Assembly: GCA_035532735.1 (NCBI GenBank)
Contig: DATKQM010000013.1
Coordinates: 34,670 to 98,669, forward strand
Source: Acidimicrobiales bacterium
GTDB lineage: Bacteria > Actinomycetota > Acidimicrobiia > Acidimicrobiales > UBA8190
Length of the DNA stretch: 64,000 nt
Direction of reading: 5' to 3'
Numbering within the stretch: position 1 is the stretch's first letter; every line of letters starts with the position of its first letter. The translations under genes and the position numbers were made by a program. The notes under the pieces are model-generated. The model was not told the origin of the DNA. It saw nothing but the letters and a program-made list of their open reading frames with translations, and searched no databases. This document shows positions 8,609 through 18,140 of the stretch, in pieces.

Positions 8609-8728
8609 GCGCGCACGGGCTAGGGTGCCACCGGCACGGCCCGAGGGGCTGGTGATGTCGGTCGATCGGGGAAGTGCGGCCGCTATCCAGGGTTCCTCGG
8701 GCCGCGCCGCGTCAACATCGTCGGTAGC

Positions 8729-9526
8729 GTGACGGTGGTGAAGCCGAGGTTGCTCGTCGTCGGTGGTGGCCGCATGGGTGGCGCTCTGGTCCACGGGCTT
8801 GTGGGCTCGGGATGGCGCTCGACCGACATCGTCGTGGTCGAGCCCTCAGCGGATCGCCGTGCCGAGCTTGCCGACGAGATCCCCGGCGTCGTGGTCGAGG
8901 ACGAGGTCGTCGACGCCTCCGCCGCGGTCGTCGCCGTGAAGCCCGCCGTGGGAGAAGAGGCCTGCCGGGCCCTGGCCACCACCTCGGTGGCCCGGGTCCT
9001 GTCGATCATGGCCGGGGTGCCCCTGGCCCGTCTCGAATCGTGGTTCGCCCCCTCGACAGCCGTGGTCCGGGCCATGCCCAACACCCCGGCCACGGTGGGG
9101 GCCGGGATCTCGGCGTTGGCGCCCGGGTCTCGGGCCACCGAGCCCGACATGGCGTGGGCCGAGGAGCTCCTGGCCGCGGTGGGCCACGTCGTCCGGCTTC
9201 CCGAGACGTCGCTCGACGCCGTGACCGGGTTGTCAGGATCGGGGCCGGCCTATCTGTTCCTCGTGGTCGAAGCCCTGATCGAGGCGGGCAAGGCGGTGGG
9301 ATTGTCCGAAGAGGTGAGCCGGCTCCTCGTCACCGACACCCTGGCGGGATCGGCCCGGCTCCTGGTCGAGTCGGGCCAGACGCCTCAGAGTCTCCGGGAC
9401 GCCGTGACCTCACCGGGCGGGACGACAGAAGCGGGTCTGCGGGTCCTCGAGGATCGTGGGGTCCGAGTGGCGATCACCGCGGCGGTGGCCGCAGCGACGG
9501 ACCGCTCCCGCCAATTGGCGCGATGA
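8729..9526 (+). CDS. proC: Pyrroline-5-carboxylate reductase
   Basis: 265 aa. Contains LLVVGGGRMGGALV, VRAMPNTPATVGAGISAL, GSGPAYLFLVVEALIEAG and SPGGTTEAGL. Confidence 0.92.
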   Translation: MTVVKPRLLVVGGGRMGGALVHGLVGSGWRSTDIVVVEPSADRRAELADEIPGVVVEDEVVDASAAVVAVKPAVGEEACRALATTSVARVLSIMAGVPLARLESWFAPSTAVVRAMPNTPATVGAGISALAPGSRATEPDMAWAEELLAAVGHVVRLPETSLDAVTGLSGSGPAYLFLVVEALIEAGKAVGLSEEVSRLLVTDTLAGSARLLVESGQTPQSLRDAVTSPGGTTEAGLRVLEDRGVRVAITAAVAAATDRSRQLAR

Positions 9527-9641
9527 CAAAATTTGGTGAGGGCCTCGGAACGGCCCGCCGCCTCGCTCCCCGCTGCTTTCTGGCCCGCTCACTTTCCAAC
9601 ATTCACCACATTGGCGTACAGTCGCCTCAGGCGGGAGAGGG

Positions 9642-9848
9642 GTGATTCCACTGAGCGCAGATGACGTCACCAGCGCTCGCTACCTGACAGTACGCGAGGT
9701 AGCGAGCACGCTGAGAGTGTCGAATATGACGGTGTATCGATTGATCAATGCAGGAGAGCTCCCTGCGGTACGCGTCGGCAAGTCGTTCCGTCTCCGTGAA
9801 GATGACGTGAACCGCTACCTGGCGGACCGGTACACCCAGGCCGGCTGA
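9642..9848 (+). CDS. Small excisionase/MerR-type HTH DNA-binding protein (Rv0500A-like, conserved downstream of proC)
   Basis: 68 aa. Contains YLTVREVASTLRVSNMTVYRLINAGELPAVRVGKSFRLREDDVNRYL. Confidence 0.8.
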   Translation: MIPLSADDVTSARYLTVREVASTLRVSNMTVYRLINAGELPAVRVGKSFRLREDDVNRYLADRYTQAG

Positions 9849-9882
9849 CTCCCGCCGGCCACCTTGGCGAGGCGGGGGGAAG

Positions 9883-10746
9883 GTGGTGGGGCGCGCCGGT
9901 GGGTCGGTCTTTGTCCTCACCGACTACGGGCTCGCCGATGAGTTCGCCGGAGTGCTGCGAGCTTCTTTGGCGCGCCACGCGCCCGGCGTTCCGATCATCG
10001 ACCTGACCCACGGGGTGGCACCGTTCGACGTCCGAGCGGGCGCGCTGACACTCGTGCGCGCCGTGCCTCATCTCGGTCCCGGTGTCGTCATGGCCGTGGT
10101 GGACCCCGGCGTGGGGACGTCGAGGCGCGCCATCGCGGTCTCTGTATCGGCGTCTGTGCAGACGTCGGCGTCGGATGTGACCGATGGCGGACCGCATCAT
10201 TTCGTCGGACCGGACAACGGTCTGCTCCTATGGGCGGTCGACGTCCTCGGCGGCGTGGAACGCGCCGTGGAGATCTCTCCGCCACCGCCGAAGGACACCG
10301 GTGCGACCTTCGATGGTCGTGACGTCTTTGCGCCCGCGGTCGCGCGGCTGTGGCGGGGGGTGCCGCTGGAGGAGCTCGGAGACCCACTCGATCCTTCTGC
10401 CCTCGTGCGACTCACCCCTCCTCGGAGTTCGGTCTCGCCGGGTGTGCTCGAGGTCGAGGTCCAATGGGTGGACCGGTTCGGCAACGTCCAACTTGCCGCC
10501 GGGCCCGATCATGCCGCCGAGGCGGCGCTCGGCTCGGATCTCGAGGTGTCGGGTCCGACGACGACACGGCGGGCGAACGTGGTGCGCGCCTTCGCCGCGG
10601 TCGCGCCCGGGGCGATGGGCTTGATCGTCGATGCCAACGGTCAGCTGTCTCTTGTGTGTGACCGGCAGTCGGCCGCTACCGTGCTGCGCGTGCAACCCGG
10701 CGACGTCGTCACACTGCGAGCAGTCGTGTCGGGCCGGCCTTCATGA
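9883..10746 (+). CDS. SAM hydroxide adenosyltransferase / SAM-dependent chlorinase-fluorinase family (DUF62)
   Basis: 287 aa. Contains VFVLTDYGLADEFAGVL, IIDLTHGVAPFDV, VVDPGVGTSRRAIAV, GPDNGLL and FDGRDVFAPA. Confidence 0.85.
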   Translation: MVGRAGGSVFVLTDYGLADEFAGVLRASLARHAPGVPIIDLTHGVAPFDVRAGALTLVRAVPHLGPGVVMAVVDPGVGTSRRAIAVSVSASVQTSASDVTDGGPHHFVGPDNGLLLWAVDVLGGVERAVEISPPPPKDTGATFDGRDVFAPAVARLWRGVPLEELGDPLDPSALVRLTPPRSSVSPGVLEVEVQWVDRFGNVQLAAGPDHAAEAALGSDLEVSGPTTTRRANVVRAFAAVAPGAMGLIVDANGQLSLVCDRQSAATVLRVQPGDVVTLRAVVSGRPS

Positions 10747-12353
10747 ACCTCGCTGCCCTCGTCGACCAACACCCGGCGGGTGACCGTGCTCTTTATGCCG
10801 AGGGTGCCTGGCACACCTGGGGCGAGGTCCGGCGCCGGGCCGTGGCGGTGGCCACTGCACTCAAAGAGCTCGGTGTCGGTCCCGAAGCCCGGGTGGCGAT
10901 CGTCTGGCCCACCTCGGTCGATTTTGTCGTCGCCTATCTCGGAGTCCTGGCGGCGGGTTCGGTGGCGGTCCCGCTCAACCCCAACAGCCCCGCCAACGAG
11001 CTGGGCCGTGAGCTCGCCGCCGTCGAGCCGGTCGTCGTCCTTGCCAGCGGCCCAGTCGGGGCCGTGCCGAGCGTGCCCCACGTGGTCCTGCCCGCCGCCG
11101 TTGTGGTCGGCGAAGGGGTGCCCGGTGAGCCTCGGACATGGGAGGAATTCTCGGCCGTCGTCACGTTCGAGCCTGAACCCGTGTCGATCCCCGACCTGGC
11201 AATATCCGCTGACACCCCGGCCGTACCGGTCGTCGAAAGGGTCGCCGAGGCCGGCTCGGACGACGGGCATCCTCTGCATCCGATCGAGCGAGCCGAGACC
11301 GATGTGGCCGTCCTCCTGTTCACCTCGGGGACCGCAGGTGAGCCCAAGGCGGCCATGCTCAGCCATGGCAACCTGGTCGCCAACCTTCGTCAGATGCTCG
11401 GCATTCCCGAGATCCTCCGGTCCGACGATGTGGGGCTCGTCGCCCTACCGCTGTTCCACGTCTTCGGATTGAACGTCGCACTCGGTCTCTCGCTGGCCAC
11501 GGGGGCCGCGCTCGTGTTGGAAACCCGCTTCGACGCCGCGCAGTCGCTCAAGCAGGTCCATGACCTGGGGGTGACCACGCTGCTCGGTGTCCCCACCATG
11601 TTCACGGCGTGGGCCGACATGCCCGATGCCGGTGCATGGGGCGCATCGGCATTCGCGGGCGTGCGTCGGGCGATCTCGGGTGCGGCCGCGCTCGACGCCG
11701 ACGTCGCGGTGCGGTTCGAGCGGCGGTACGGGATCGAGATCTGGCAAGGATACGGGCTCACCGAGGCGGCACCGGCGGTGTCGACGTCGCTGGGCACCGG
11801 GCGCAATCGGCCGGGCTCGGTCGGTCGTCCCCTCCCCGGCGTCGAGGTGCAGCTGGTCGACGACGAGGACGAGCCGGTCCTCGAAGGCGATACCGGGGAG
11901 ATCTGGGTCCGGGGTGACAACGTCTTCGTCGGTTATTGGCGCGACGCGACCGCGACGTCGCGTGTGCGCACCGACGACGGATGGTTGCGGACGGGCGACA
12001 TCGGCGTGATCGGCGAGGACGGCGATCTCTTCGTCGTCGACCGGTCCAAGGATCTCGTCATCGTGTCGGGGTTCAACGTGTTCCCCGCCGAGGTCGAGCG
12101 CGTCGTGGCTTCGGTGCCCGGTGTGGCCGACGTCGCGGTCATCGGCCGTCCTGACCCGAACACGGGCGAAACGGTCGAAGCCGTCATCGTCGCGGCACCC
12201 GGGGCCGTTGTGACCGAGGAGCTGGTGCGCGCCTATTGCGCCGCCAACCTGACGCGCTACAAGTGCCCGACGGCGATCAGGTTCGTGCCCGAGCTTCCCC
12301 GCGGGCTGGTGGGCAAGGCGTTGCGTCGGGCATTGCGAGACCAACCCACCTGA
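10743..12353 (+). CDS. AMP-dependent acyl-CoA synthetase/ligase (FadD-like)
   Basis: 536 aa. Contains LLFTSGTAGEPKAAMLSHGNL, GYGLTEA, GDIGVIGEDGDLFVVDRSKDLVIVSGFNVFPAEVE. The ATGA overlaps the upstream gene stop. Confidence 0.9.
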   Translation: MNLAALVDQHPAGDRALYAEGAWHTWGEVRRRAVAVATALKELGVGPEARVAIVWPTSVDFVVAYLGVLAAGSVAVPLNPNSPANELGRELAAVEPVVVLASGPVGAVPSVPHVVLPAAVVVGEGVPGEPRTWEEFSAVVTFEPEPVSIPDLAISADTPAVPVVERVAEAGSDDGHPLHPIERAETDVAVLLFTSGTAGEPKAAMLSHGNLVANLRQMLGIPEILRSDDVGLVALPLFHVFGLNVALGLSLATGAALVLETRFDAAQSLKQVHDLGVTTLLGVPTMFTAWADMPDAGAWGASAFAGVRRAISGAAALDADVAVRFERRYGIEIWQGYGLTEAAPAVSTSLGTGRNRPGSVGRPLPGVEVQLVDDEDEPVLEGDTGEIWVRGDNVFVGYWRDATATSRVRTDDGWLRTGDIGVIGEDGDLFVVDRSKDLVIVSGFNVFPAEVERVVASVPGVADVAVIGRPDPNTGETVEAVIVAAPGAVVTEELVRAYCAANLTRYKCPTAIRFVPELPRGLVGKALRRALRDQPT

Positions 12354-12375
12354 CGCCCCGCCTGCGGGATTGCAG

Positions 12376-12402
12376 GTGACGCCTCTGTCACTTGGTGCCA
12401 AG
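12376..12402. promoter_or_regulatory. Candidate operator: GTGAC-N6-GTCAC inverted repeat abutting the palindrome CTTGGTGCCAAG, about 30-55 nt upstream of the rex start
   Basis: GTGAC at 12376-12380 and GTCAC at 12387-12391; CTTGGTGCCAAG at 12391-12402. Half-sites resemble the Rex operator core GTGA/TCAC, but the spacing is 2 bp longer than the TTGTGAA-N4-TTCACAA consensus. Confidence 0.25.
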
Positions 12403-12429
12403 TACCTCTGTCTCAGTACGATCCGGCCG

Positions 12430-13137
12430 ATGGTGGTCCCGAGTCCGCGCCGCATTCCCGAGGCAACGGTCGCACGTCTTCCGGTCTACCAACGGATCCT
12501 GCTCGAGTTGGTCCGGGCCGGTACCTCGACGGTCTCCTCTGACCAGCTGGCGGAGATGGCCCGCGTGAACGCATCGAAGGTCCGCAAAGACCTCTCGTTC
12601 CTCGGATCCTTCGGGACGCGGGGCTCGGGGTACGAGGCCCAATTCCTTCTCACCCAGATCGACAGGGAGCTGGGACTGCACCGAGACTGGCCCGTCGCCA
12701 TCGTGGGCCTCGGGAACCTGGGTCGGGCGCTCGCCAACTCTCAGGGCTTCAGCTCCCGGGGCTTTCGGGTGGCGGGATTGTTCGACGTGGAGGAGGCACT
12801 GCTCGGGAGTGAGATCGGCGGCGTCAGGGTCCATCACGTCGACGACTTCGAACGGGTGTCGGCCGCCGACCCGCCGTCGATCGGTGTCATCGCCACGCCG
12901 GCGTCTGCCGCGCAGGACGTCGCCAACCGGATGGTCAAAGCCGGTGTCGGGTCCGTGCTCAACTTCGCCCCCCGGGTCCTGACCGTTCCCCCTGACGTCT
13001 TGTTGCGCTACGTCGACTTGTCGATCGAGTTGCAGGTCATGAGCTTCTACCTCTCACACCGCGACAGCCCCGGCACCGCCCCGACCTGGTCCCCACTTCC
13101 CCATGCGGTTGGTCTCAGCTCTGCCGAGCCTGGCTGA
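12430..13137 (+). CDS. rex: Redox-sensing transcriptional repressor Rex
   Basis: Contains IPEATVARLPVYQRIL, VSSDQLAEMARVNASKVRKDLSFLGSFGTRGSGY and the Rossmann motif VAIVGLGNLGRALA. ATG at 12430 preferred over the track TTG at 12370. Confidence 0.9.
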   Translation: MVVPSPRRIPEATVARLPVYQRILLELVRAGTSTVSSDQLAEMARVNASKVRKDLSFLGSFGTRGSGYEAQFLLTQIDRELGLHRDWPVAIVGLGNLGRALANSQGFSSRGFRVAGLFDVEEALLGSEIGGVRVHHVDDFERVSAADPPSIGVIATPASAAQDVANRMVKAGVGSVLNFAPRVLTVPPDVLLRYVDLSIELQVMSFYLSHRDSPGTAPTWSPLPHAVGLSSAEPG

Positions 13138-13311
13138 GAAAAGCCCGAAACCGGTCGTCCACCAGCCCTTGGTCCCCGGCCGGCGCTCCCTGTCCCCCGG
13201 TGTCGGGCACCAGGACCGACATCGGCGCAGGCCACAGCGGTCTGGCATACAGCTGCGCCGACCGGCATCCTGGTAGGGGAGGGAACGGGCCCACCGAGGG
13301 CCGCGTGTCCC

Positions 13312-14628
13312 GTGCGGGTGGTCCACTCGCGCAAGGAGCTCTGCGAGACGTTGTCTGTCATCGTCGTTGGACTCGAGCAGCACCAGGTGCCGCTCGACGT
13401 GCTCGAAAGGGTCGCCATCGCCGAGGACGACCTCGGCAAGGTGGTCGCCGGCCTTCGGGACAGGGCGAATCTGGCCGAAGTCGTCGTGCTGTCGACCTGC
13501 ATGCGCACCGAGCTCTACGCCGTGGTGGAGCGGTTCCACGAAGGGGTGACCGACCTTCAGGAGTTCCTCGCCGCCATGGCCGGGACGCCTGTCGACGCGC
13601 TAGACGGGCGGTGGACGGTGTTCTTCGACGACGCCGTGACCGGGCACCTCTTCGAGGTCGCCGCCGGTCTGCGTTCGAGCGTGCTAGGGGAGACCGAAGT
13701 CCTGGGCCAGGTACGTCGCGCCCTCGAGCGGGCCCAGGCCGAACATGCCAGCGGCCCGGTGCTGGCGGGTCTGTTCCGCCACGCCGTGCAGGCCGGCCGT
13801 CACGTCCGGTCGACCACGGCCATCGCCCAGGGCTCGACGTCGTTGTCGCACGTCGCCGTCGCCCTCGCCGCATCGAGGCTGGGGGGATCGTTGGCCGGGC
13901 GCCACGTCGTCGTGGTGGGTGCCGGCGAGATGGGGGAAGGCATGGTCGACGCCCTGGGTGGTCACGGTGACCTGGCCCAGGTGGTGGTGGCCAACCGGAC
14001 GGTGGGTCGGGCGTCGACCCTCGCCGCCCGGGTGGGGGGCACGGGCGTCGGGCTCGCCGATCTCGGTGACGCGCTCGGATCAGCCGACGTGGTGTTCGTC
14101 TCCACTGCCGCCTCGCTCCCAGTGCTCGACGCCGAGCTCCTCGCTGCCGCGCTCGAGGCGCGCACCGCGACAGCGGGTCGTGCCCCGCTCGTCGTCGTCG
14201 ACCTCGGCGTCCCCCGTAACGTCCATCCGGCCGTGGCGGGCATCGCCGGGATCGACCTTTTGGACATGGACGACCTCACCGAGCACGCCGAGCGGGCCAT
14301 GGAGGGGCGACGGGCCGAACTGTCGGCGGCCCAGGAGATCGTGAGCCAGGAAGTGGAGCGCTATCGCGCCGAGGAGCGGGCGCGGGGGGCTGCTCCTGTG
14401 GTCTCGGCGTTGCGGGCTCGCGTGGAGGAGCTGCGCCGTTCGGAGCTCGACCGCCATCGGGCCCGGTTGTCCGAGCTCGACGAACGGGAATGGGCGGAAG
14501 TGGACTCGGTGGTGCGTGACGTGCTCGCCAAATTGCTGCACCAGCCGACCGTGGCGGTGAAAGAGGCGGCTGGCACCCCGCGTGGAGAGCGTCTGGTCGA
14601 GGCGCTGCGCACGCTGTTCGACCTCTGA
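13312..14628 (+). CDS. hemA: Glutamyl-tRNA reductase
   Basis: Contains VVGLEQHQVPLDVLERVAI, LSTCMRTELYAV, GETEVLGQVR and VVVVGAGEMG. The start could instead be the in-frame TTG near 13354. Confidence 0.93.
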   Translation: MRVVHSRKELCETLSVIVVGLEQHQVPLDVLERVAIAEDDLGKVVAGLRDRANLAEVVVLSTCMRTELYAVVERFHEGVTDLQEFLAAMAGTPVDALDGRWTVFFDDAVTGHLFEVAAGLRSSVLGETEVLGQVRRALERAQAEHASGPVLAGLFRHAVQAGRHVRSTTAIAQGSTSLSHVAVALAASRLGGSLAGRHVVVVGAGEMGEGMVDALGGHGDLAQVVVANRTVGRASTLAARVGGTGVGLADLGDALGSADVVFVSTAASLPVLDAELLAAALEARTATAGRAPLVVVDLGVPRNVHPAVAGIAGIDLLDMDDLTEHAERAMEGRRAELSAAQEIVSQEVERYRAEERARGAAPVVSALRARVEELRRSELDRHRARLSELDEREWAEVDSVVRDVLAKLLHQPTVAVKEAAGTPRGERLVEALRTLFDL

Positions 14629-14632
14629 CGCC

Positions 14633-15604
14633 GTGGTGACCCCGATCGGCGGGGACCGAGAGAGCCCGCTGCGACTCGCCACCCGAGGATCGCCTCTGGC
14701 GTTGTTCCAGGCGCGACGCGTCGCCGATCTTCTGGCCGCGCTTCCTGGTCCAACGCACTGCGAAGTTGTCGTGGTGCAGACGACCGGGGACACGCTCGTC
14801 GATGTCCCGGTGGCACAGCTCGGAGGCCAAGGCGCCTTCGTCAAGGAAGTGCAACTGGCCGTCCTCGACGGACGTGCCGATCTGGCCGTCCACTCCGCCA
14901 AGGACCTTCCTTCGGTCACGCCGCCGGGCCTCGTCCTGGCGTGTGTGCCCGAACGCGCCGACCCGCGCGACGCGTTGGTCGGTTGCGCGCTCGAGTCGCT
15001 GTCGTCAGGTGCGACGGTGGCGACGGGCTCGGTGCGTCGCCGCGCCCAGTTGGCGTGGCTGCGTCCGGACCTGACCTACTGCGATCTGCGCGGCAACATG
15101 GCAAAACGGCTCGACCGGGCCCTCGAGGTGGGGGCGGGCGTGCTCGCCTGGGCCGCTCTGCAACGCCTCGGGCTCAATGCGCCGGTGGCCGAGGTGCTCG
15201 ATGTCGCCACGATGCTCCCGCAGGTGGGCCAGGGTGCGTTGGCGGTCGAATGCCGTGACGGTGACCACGCCGTCCTCGAGCTCCTTGCGGCTGTCGACGA
15301 CCGCGTCGCGCACAGCGCGGTGCGGGCCGAACGTGGCTTTCTCGCTGCGCTCGGCGGAGGGTGCACCTTGCCCCTCGGCGCCCTGGCCGTCGTGCGCGAT
15401 GACGGTCAACTGTCGATCGACGGCTTTCTGGCGAGTCGCGACGGGAGGATCTTGTTGCGTCGTGGCATCGATGGACCCATGTCCGAGCCCGAAACGCTCG
15501 GCCGTCGGCTCAGCGCCGTCTTGCTCGACGAGTGCGGAGGACGGTCGCTCGACGACTGGGACGATGACGCCTGGACCGAGCCCGATCGGGCTCGACAACC
15601 GTGA
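14633..15604 (+). CDS. hemC: Hydroxymethylbilane synthase (porphobilinogen deaminase)
   Basis: Contains LRLATRGSPLALFQA, TTGD and HSAKDLP. GTG at 14633 follows the hemA stop; the track start at 14582 overlaps hemA. Confidence 0.92.
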   Translation: MVTPIGGDRESPLRLATRGSPLALFQARRVADLLAALPGPTHCEVVVVQTTGDTLVDVPVAQLGGQGAFVKEVQLAVLDGRADLAVHSAKDLPSVTPPGLVLACVPERADPRDALVGCALESLSSGATVATGSVRRRAQLAWLRPDLTYCDLRGNMAKRLDRALEVGAGVLAWAALQRLGLNAPVAEVLDVATMLPQVGQGALAVECRDGDHAVLELLAAVDDRVAHSAVRAERGFLAALGGGCTLPLGALAVVRDDGQLSIDGFLASRDGRILLRRGIDGPMSEPETLGRRLSAVLLDECGGRSLDDWDDDAWTEPDRARQP

Positions 15605-17112
15605 CCGTCTACCTGGTGGGGGCTGGTCCCGGGGATCCCGGGTTGCTCACCCGGCGCGGCGCGGAGCTGCTCGGACGAGCCGACGTGGTGTTGTTCGACC
15701 GGTTGGTCGACCCTCGGCTCCTCGATCTGGCGCCCGAAGACGCGTTGTGCATCGACGTGGGCAAACGCCCTGGTCAATTGAGCCACCAGGACGAGATCAA
15801 CGGACTCCTCCTCGAGCATTCCCGACTCGGAAGGACCGTCGTCCGGCTCAAGGGGGGCGACCCGTTCGTCTTCGGCCGGGGAGGAGAGGAAGCCGAGGTC
15901 CTGCTCAGTGCCGGCATCGCCTTCGAGATCGTCCCCGGCGTCACCTCTGCCTTCGCGGCACCGGCCGCGGCCGGGGTCCCGGTCACCCATCGAGGGTTGT
16001 CGTCGTCGGTGACGGTGGTGAGCGGACACGCCGGCGATCCCGACGCGCCGGGTGCGGTCGACTGGCCGGCGCTGGCGCGTACCGGCGGCACCATCGTGAT
16101 CCTGATGGGCATGGCCTCTCGCGTTGAGATCGCCCGTCGCCTCGTCGACGCCGGACGCAGTCCCGACACCCCCGTCGTCGTGGTACACCGCGGCACCACC
16201 GCAGGCCAGGCCAGCGTGCGGACCACCCTGGCGGGTCTGGTCGATGTGGAGCTCGGACCTCCGTGCACGATCGTGATCGGCCCCGTGGCCGCGCTCGACC
16301 TGCACGACGCGGCCCGCGGTGCTCTGTCGGGTACCCGGGTCGTGGTGACACGGGCACGCGCGCAGGGCGCCCCGCTCGTCTCAGCCCTTATCGAGGCGGG
16401 CGCGGAGGTGATCGAGCTCCCGGTCATCGCCGTTGCCGACCCGCCTGACGGGGGCGCGGCCCTGCGCACCGAGGCGGCGCGCGCCGACACCTACGACTGG
16501 ATCGTTCTCACCTCGGCAAACGCCGTCGACCGCTTCGTCGGGCTCTTGCGTGACGGGCGGGCCCTCGGTCGGGCTCGCCTCGCCGTCGTGGGGGAGGCCA
16601 CCGCCCGCGCCCTGGCGCTCCGTCGCCTCGTGGCGGATCTCGTCCCCGACGTGGAGACCGCCGACGGGCTGGTCCAGGCCATGCCCGAGGCGCCTTCGGG
16701 AGCAGGCGCGTCGGGGCGGGTGTTGTTCCCAAGGGCGGCCGGGGCTCGCGACGTGGTCGCACCCGGGCTCCGGGACAAGGGATGGGAGGTGACCGAGGTC
16801 GCCGCTTACCGCACCGTGGCCGCGCGCCGCGACCCGGGCGGCCTCGACCCTGGTGTTGGTGACGCTGAGCTCGACATGGTGTCGAGCGCAGATGTCATCA
16901 CCTTCACGTCCCCCTCCACGGTGACCTGTTACGTGGAGCTGGCCCGACAGCGGGCCGCGCCCCCGGTGGTGGCGTGCATCGGACCGGTGACCGCCGACGC
17001 GGCCCGGCTCGCCGGCTTCCATGTCGATGTGGTCGCCGACGAGCACAGTGTCGAGGGGCTCGTTGCCGCCCTGTCGGCTCACTTCGGCGCTGACCCGGCG
17101 CCTCCGACGTAG
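15601..17112 (+). CDS. cobA/hemD: Fused uroporphyrinogen-III C-methyltransferase / uroporphyrinogen-III synthase
   Basis: 503 aa. N-terminal VYLVGAGPGDPGLLTRRGAELLGRADVVLFDRLV (SUMT); C-terminal half is HemD-like (VVVTRARAQGAPLVSALIEAGAEVIELPVI). Same fusion as mycobacterial Rv0511. Confidence 0.9.
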   Translation: MTVYLVGAGPGDPGLLTRRGAELLGRADVVLFDRLVDPRLLDLAPEDALCIDVGKRPGQLSHQDEINGLLLEHSRLGRTVVRLKGGDPFVFGRGGEEAEVLLSAGIAFEIVPGVTSAFAAPAAAGVPVTHRGLSSSVTVVSGHAGDPDAPGAVDWPALARTGGTIVILMGMASRVEIARRLVDAGRSPDTPVVVVHRGTTAGQASVRTTLAGLVDVELGPPCTIVIGPVAALDLHDAARGALSGTRVVVTRARAQGAPLVSALIEAGAEVIELPVIAVADPPDGGAALRTEAARADTYDWIVLTSANAVDRFVGLLRDGRALGRARLAVVGEATARALALRRLVADLVPDVETADGLVQAMPEAPSGAGASGRVLFPRAAGARDVVAPGLRDKGWEVTEVAAYRTVAARRDPGGLDPGVGDAELDMVSSADVITFTSPSTVTCYVELARQRAAPPVVACIGPVTADAARLAGFHVDVVADEHSVEGLVAALSAHFGADPAPPT

Positions 17113-17123
17113 GCTCGCCAGTC

Positions 17124-18140
17124 ATGGATGTCAGGCCCGAGCCGGGGATCAGCGGCGCCGGATTCCCCGTGCGTCGGATGCGTCGGCTCCGCCGCACCCC
17201 GGCGCTGCGGCGACTGGTGGCCGAGACGAGCCTCGGCGTCGGCGACCTCGTCGCCCCGTTATTCGTCCGGGCCGGCATCAGCGATCGCATCCCCATCGCG
17301 TCGCTGCCCGGACACTTCCAGCACTCCAGGTCGTCGCTGCTCGTCGAGGCCAAGCGCCTGGCGTCACTCGGGGTCCCCGGGATCGTGCTGTTCGGGGTCC
17401 CCGAGGAAAAGGACGCCGTCGGGTCCGGCGCGTGGGACCGCGATGGCGTGGTGCAGGTGGCCCTCTCCGAACTGCGCAGCGCGCTCGGAGACACGATGGT
17501 GCTGATCGCGGACCTCTGCCTCGACGAGTACACCGACCATGGTCACTGCGGCGTCGTGCGCGAGGATGGGACCGTCGACAACGACGCCACGCTCGAGCTC
17601 TACCAGCGCGTGGCCCTGGCCCAGGCCGTGGCGGGTGCCGACGTCGTGGCACCGAGCGGGATGATGGACGGCCAGGTGGGTGCCATCCGTGGCGCCCTCG
17701 ACAGCGCCGGCCACATCGACGTCGCCGTGCTCGCCTACGCCGCCAAGTTCGCGTCGGCCCTGTACGGGCCGTTTCGTGACGCCGTCGACGTCACCATCAT
17801 GGGGGGAGGGGACCGGCGCGGGTACCAGCAGGACCCCCGCAACCGACGCGAAGCCCTGACCGAAGTGGCTCTCGACATCGCCGAAGGCGCCGACATGGTG
17901 ATGGTGAAGCCCGCCCTCGCCTATCTCGACGTGATCGCGGAGGTAGCCCGACGTGTCGACGTCCCTGTGGCGGCGTATCACGTGAGTGGCGAGTACTCGA
18001 TGGTGAAAGCGGCCGCCGAGCGGGGGTGGATCGACGGCGACGCAGTGGCGCTCGAGCACCTCATCGCGCTCAAGCGGGCGGGTGCGACGGTCATCCTGAC
18101 GTACTTCGCGGGAGAGGTCGCCGAGGCCATGCGTGACTGA
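17124..18140 (+). CDS. hemB: Porphobilinogen synthase (ALA dehydratase)
   Basis: 338 aa. Contains RRMRRLRRTPALRRLV, DLVAPLFV, APSGMMDGQV and VKPALAYLDV. Confidence 0.93.
   Translation: MDVRPEPGISGAGFPVRRMRRLRRTPALRRLVAETSLGVGDLVAPLFVRAGISDRIPIASLPGHFQHSRSSLLVEAKRLASLGVPGIVLFGVPEEKDAVGSGAWDRDGVVQVALSELRSALGDTMVLIADLCLDEYTDHGHCGVVREDGTVDNDATLELYQRVALAQAVAGADVVAPSGMMDGQVGAIRGALDSAGHIDVAVLAYAAKFASALYGPFRDAVDVTIMGGGDRRGYQQDPRNRREALTEVALDIAEGADMVMVKPALAYLDVIAEVARRVDVPVAAYHVSGEYSMVKAAAERGWIDGDAVALEHLIALKRAGATVILTYFAGEVAEAMRD

Noticed and set aside
9883-12353. DUF62 SAM hydrolase overlapping (ATGA) an acyl-CoA ligase as a possible novel pathway
   Set aside because: Only two genes are involved, both from very common families, with no additional tailoring or transport genes. 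The evidence is insufficient for more than operon coupling.
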